A DNA stretch of 9,182 nt from a virus. Lineage: Duplodnaviria > Heunggongvirae > Uroviricota > Caudoviricetes. The translations under genes were made by a program, and so were the position numbers. Position 1 is the first letter of the stretch; every line of letters starts with the position of its first letter. Where the stretch lies: the IMG/VR virus record IMGVR_UViG_2651869781_000012; one strand, written 5' to 3'. Below, piece after piece: positions 6,674 to 9,182 of the stretch. Below the pieces are notes generated by a model. The model worked only from the letters and a program-made list of their open reading frames with translations, was not told the DNA's origin and searched no databases.

Positions 6674-6757
6674 TTGACAACCTCAAGGTGTGGCCCACTA
6701 CATTCTTTAGGTGTGGCCCACGTCAAGAGTTTTATTTGTGCTTTTTCTGTGTATACT
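6674..6757 (+). promoter_or_regulatory. Divergent promoter/operator region with two copies of GGTGTGGCCCAC
   Basis: TTGACA at 6674-6679. Direct repeats GGTGTGGCCCAC at 6687-6698 and 6710-6721, each containing the near-palindrome GTGGCCCAC. TATACT at 6752-6757 lies about 30 bp upstream of the RHH gene ATG. The region sits between divergently oriented genes at 6588 (-) and 6788 (+). Confidence 0.4.
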
Positions 6758-6787
6758 GTCCCCCACCAATCCAACAGAGGAATAGAA

Positions 6788-6967
6788 ATGGCAACGGGTA
6801 CAACAAACGCAAAATCACAAGCTCTAAAGGCTCGTGTACCACACGAAATAGTAAACGCCATGGAATCAGTGAAAGAATCAGGCGAAAGCACATCACAATT
6901 CATCATTGCGTCAATGCAAGGCGAGATCAAACGCCGCCAGCGACGCAAAGCCAAGGAGTCAGAATAA
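6788..6967 (+). CDS. Ribbon-helix-helix (CopG/Arc-like) DNA-binding protein, 59 aa
   Basis: AGAGG at 6776-6780 precedes ATG 6788. The sequence KSQALKARVPHEIVNAMESVKESGESTSQFIIASMQGEIKRRQRR fits a beta-strand plus two helices RHH layout. Transcribed divergently from the primase operon. Confidence 0.6.
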   Translation: MATGTTNAKSQALKARVPHEIVNAMESVKESGESTSQFIIASMQGEIKRRQRRKAKESE

Positions 6968-7024
6968 TCACTATCAGCGCCGTGGTGTGAGTAACTACGG
7001 CGCATTGCTATGCAGGTGCTTACC

Positions 7025-7204
7025 ATGAACGATAAAGAGTTAAAAAAAACACCACCACAAACACTGAAAGGACAGCGCAAAAAGATAGCGCATGAGCATG
7101 AATCAGAAAGATTCGCCCCCTGTTCTTTTGCTCTTGAGAAATTCCTTAAGGAGCACAAGAAAAAGCTATCATTGCAAACCTGGGAACGAACCGAATCTGA
7201 CTGA
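7025..7204 (+). CDS. Hypothetical small lysine-rich protein (59 aa); coding status uncertain
   Basis: ATG 7025 is preceded by AGGTG (7014-7018). It lies between the RHH gene and the plus-strand terminator. Highly charged, no recognisable motif. An alternative ATG is at 7010. Confidence 0.3.
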   Translation: MNDKELKKTPPQTLKGQRKKIAHEHESERFAPCSFALEKFLKEHKKKLSLQTWERTESD

Positions 7205-7268
7205 TCAAATTGCCCACCAGCCAGCAAATCGCTATGATGTTCGGGCTTATGTTTAGTGTTTTCCCATT

Positions 7269-7297
7269 GGCGACCGCCCCCGGTCGCCTTTGTTTTA
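7269..7297 (+). terminator. Rho-independent terminator
   Basis: Stem GGCGACCG(7269-7276), loop CCCC, stem CGGTCGCC(7281-7288), then TTTGTTTT(7289-7296). It lies between convergent plus-strand genes and the alpA stop at 7316. Confidence 0.6.
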
Positions 7298-7315
7298 TAT
7301 GTCATATGCTCCCCT

Positions 7316-7525
7316 TTACGCTGCCTTACCTGAATTAATGCGATCCCGGCTTTTAACCCATTCCATAACCTCGGACAGCAGCCAACCTACAGAACGCCCC
7401 CCCAGATTAAGACGTGACGGAAAGCATCCTTTTTTCTCCAGTTCATAGCGTGTAGTGCGACACACTCCAGTTAACTTACGACATTCATCCTCACGGATTA
7501 CGCGATCTTCATTTATTTCACGCAT
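7316..7525 (-). CDS. alpA: AlpA-family transcriptional regulator
   Basis: 69 aa. LTGVCRTTRYELEKKGCFPSRLNLGGRSVGWLLSEVMEWV matches the AlpA HTH pattern. Same orientation as the integrase, with an AT-rich upstream region. Confidence 0.85.
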   Translation of the reverse strand: MREINEDRVIREDECRKLTGVCRTTRYELEKKGCFPSRLNLGGRSVGWLLSEVMEWVKSRDRINSGKAA

Positions 7526-7943
7526 ACAAAAACCTACATAAAAATTACGTATATAAACTTTTCTCTTAGCTGTAGATATATGAGACCGGATATTACTTAG
7601 ATTCTTTTTTCACCTCTTAAATTAAAAACACAACCTTGCTAAAGGCTTTGTTCGCTAAGGTTCGTAGAAGCTCGTTAGTGTTTAAAATCGTGTCACGAGT
7701 TTTTAAGCGACGCAACAAAAAATGTCGTCATTTGGCATTACGCTTGAATTATCTCATTAAAAACAAATAGATAAACCATCAAGTGTTGGAACAATCAAGA
7801 AACAGAGAATAAAAACTCAGAAGAAGACATTCCAATTTTTTGATGGTTAACATATATAAAGCGAAGATATTTGCAGATATTTTCCGATATTCTACGATTT
7901 ATTCACGGCTGTAATCTCTTAAAGAAAAAACAGCCGTAATTTG

Positions 7944-9182
7944 TCAAGAATTTTGGGTGTAAATTCGCGGGGCCATAACAACGATTTTTTCATCATTGTT
8001 CTGGAGAAGCTCGAGACGGTCTACCCATAGATTAAGAGCATCACGTTTTGCATCAAGATAACGGGAGTGATTATAGACTCGTTGCATCCCCGGCATCTGG
8101 TGGGCGGTAAGCTGCTCGACAATATGCGGATCCACGCCTAAATCGTTCAGCATGGTTGTAAATGTGTGCCGGATGTCATGCAACGACCAAGGGGCTTGAT
8201 TAATGCGTCTGTGTGCCGTTCTTCCGTACTCTGATACGGATGATTGCCCTTTCAGTTCTCCAAGCAATAAGCCCGTGTGCCTGTTCTTCTCCACCAGCTT
8301 CGTGACGAACGGCAAAATGCTTTCCGGTATTGGCCTGAATATGGCGACCTTCGTTTTGCTGTGCTCCTTCGGTACTGTCCAGAGCATTTCTTTAAAATCC
8401 CACTCCTGCACCTCAGAGCGCCTTAGCTCGGTGGTACGGCATCCAAAAACAATCAGGAGGCGAATTAGGGCGCTGTAGTACGGCGGGAATATTTTGTCAT
8501 CCAGAGCGCGGAGTAATTCCCCAAGCTCCTTGTTTGTTAGTACGCGCTCGCTCACTTCTGCTTTTTTTCCCACATCACCGACAACCATATCATCAAGAAC
8601 GTTGCTGATTGCGTATCGTCGTTTTCGGCAGTACTTAAGCGCCTGTTTGCATACCTGTAGCAAAAATCCGGCAGATACCGGGCTTCGCTTTGCCATCTGG
8701 TCAAAACATGTCAACCAGTGCCGTAGCTCGCATTTTTCCAACGGCATAGCGCCAATCTGGCTGATTATGTGTTTATTGATCCGGCTTTTCAGTGATTCGT
8801 AGTCAGTGCGCTTTTCCTTTGCATACGATTCAAGCCAGTAAGTAAGCGCTTCCTTAACTGTCACGGGGGCTAACGCATCCTGTACAGCACGATTAAGCTC
8901 ATAGCGCGGATTTTTCCCCTCAGCCAGCCAGGCGCGACACTGTGCTGCTTTTTCCCTGGCTGCTTTCAGGCTCAGATCGGGATAATTGCCCAGTCTCAGA
9001 CGTTCCGGTGATACCTGCCTACCAGTTCCGGCCCTGTAAGTGAAATACCAGGTTAACAGGCCGCTGGTGGAATGTCTTACGCTAAGATTGCCACCGTCAT
9101 TAAAAAAGGCGTTTTTTGTGGTTGGTGATCCGCTTAATTTTCGTAAAAGAGTGTCGCTAAGTCTATGAATTGCGCTGCTCAT
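7944..9182 (-). CDS. int: Tyrosine recombinase / integrase, P4-type
   Basis: 412 aa. The N-terminal arm-binding-like region (DGGNLSVRHSTSGLLTWYFTYR...LGNYPDLSLKAAREKA) and C-terminal catalytic motifs (HDIRHTFTT; ...QRVYNHSRY) fit the family. The ATG is the last three bases of the window, so an upstream start cannot be excluded. Confidence 0.9.
   Translation of the reverse strand: MSSAIHRLSDTLLRKLSGSPTTKNAFFNDGGNLSVRHSTSGLLTWYFTYRAGTGRQVSPERLRLGNYPDLSLKAAREKAAQCRAWLAEGKNPRYELNRAVQDALAPVTVKEALTYWLESYAKEKRTDYESLKSRINKHIISQIGAMPLEKCELRHWLTCFDQMAKRSPVSAGFLLQVCKQALKYCRKRRYAISNVLDDMVVGDVGKKAEVSERVLTNKELGELLRALDDKIFPPYYSALIRLLIVFGCRTTELRRSEVQEWDFKEMLWTVPKEHSKTKVAIFRPIPESILPFVTKLVEKNRHTGLLLGELKGQSSVSEYGRTAHRRINQAPWSLHDIRHTFTTMLNDLGVDPHIVEQLTAHQMPGMQRVYNHSRYLDAKRDALNLWVDRLELLQNNDEKIVVMAPRIYTQNS

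Larger units (their letters stand above)
1..9182. mobile_element. Partial phage satellite / phage-inducible chromosomal island (integrase-AlpA-primase backbone with lambda-type cos and head genes); boundaries not in window
   Basis: Co-linear minus-strand set of P4-type integrase, AlpA, P4 alpha-like primase with TGTTCACC iterons, plus lambda-like cosN, Nu1, D and E homologs. No att sites identified; the integrase start coincides with the last base of the window. Confidence 0.7.

Noticed and set aside
6385-7305. 306-aa minus-strand ORF from the six-frame track
   Set aside because: Only the last 67 codons (6385..6588) have an SD-preceded ATG and fit the operon. The upstream part runs through the divergent promoter, the RHH gene and a plus-strand terminator, and is low-complexity and Cys/Ser-rich. 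Treated as a read-through artefact.
7651-7680. Three consecutive 10-bp units (TTCGCTAAGG / TTCGTAGAAG / CTCGTTAGTG)
   Set aside because: Only about half the positions match between units, which could be chance in AT-rich intergenic DNA. Noted but not called as a repeat.

Overview
The window reads as one gene-dense mobile island, almost entirely on the minus strand, which I interpret as a phage satellite (PICI / P4-like) built to exploit a lambdoid helper phage. From right to left: a P4-family tyrosine integrase (7944..9182), an AlpA-family regulator (7316..7525), a short plus-strand unit with a ribbon-helix-helix regulator and a terminator (6788..7297), then a translationally coupled operon of three small unknown proteins feeding into a P4 alpha-like primase/helicase (3952..6588). 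Directly after the primase stop is a cluster of about nine TGTTCACC octamers in both orientations, matching the P4 origin iteron. Further left are an 81-aa ORF coupled to an SSB-like protein, then a lambda-type head and packaging module: major capsid protein E-like, decoration protein D-like, a second AlpA-like HTH protein, a cos site whose 12-nt core is identical to lambda cosN, and a Nu1-like small terminase. No large terminase, portal, protease or scaffold gene is in the window, and the island's left boundary is unresolved. All homology statements rest on reading the translations against sequences recalled from memory; no database search was run. I found no rRNA, tRNA or CRISPR array.
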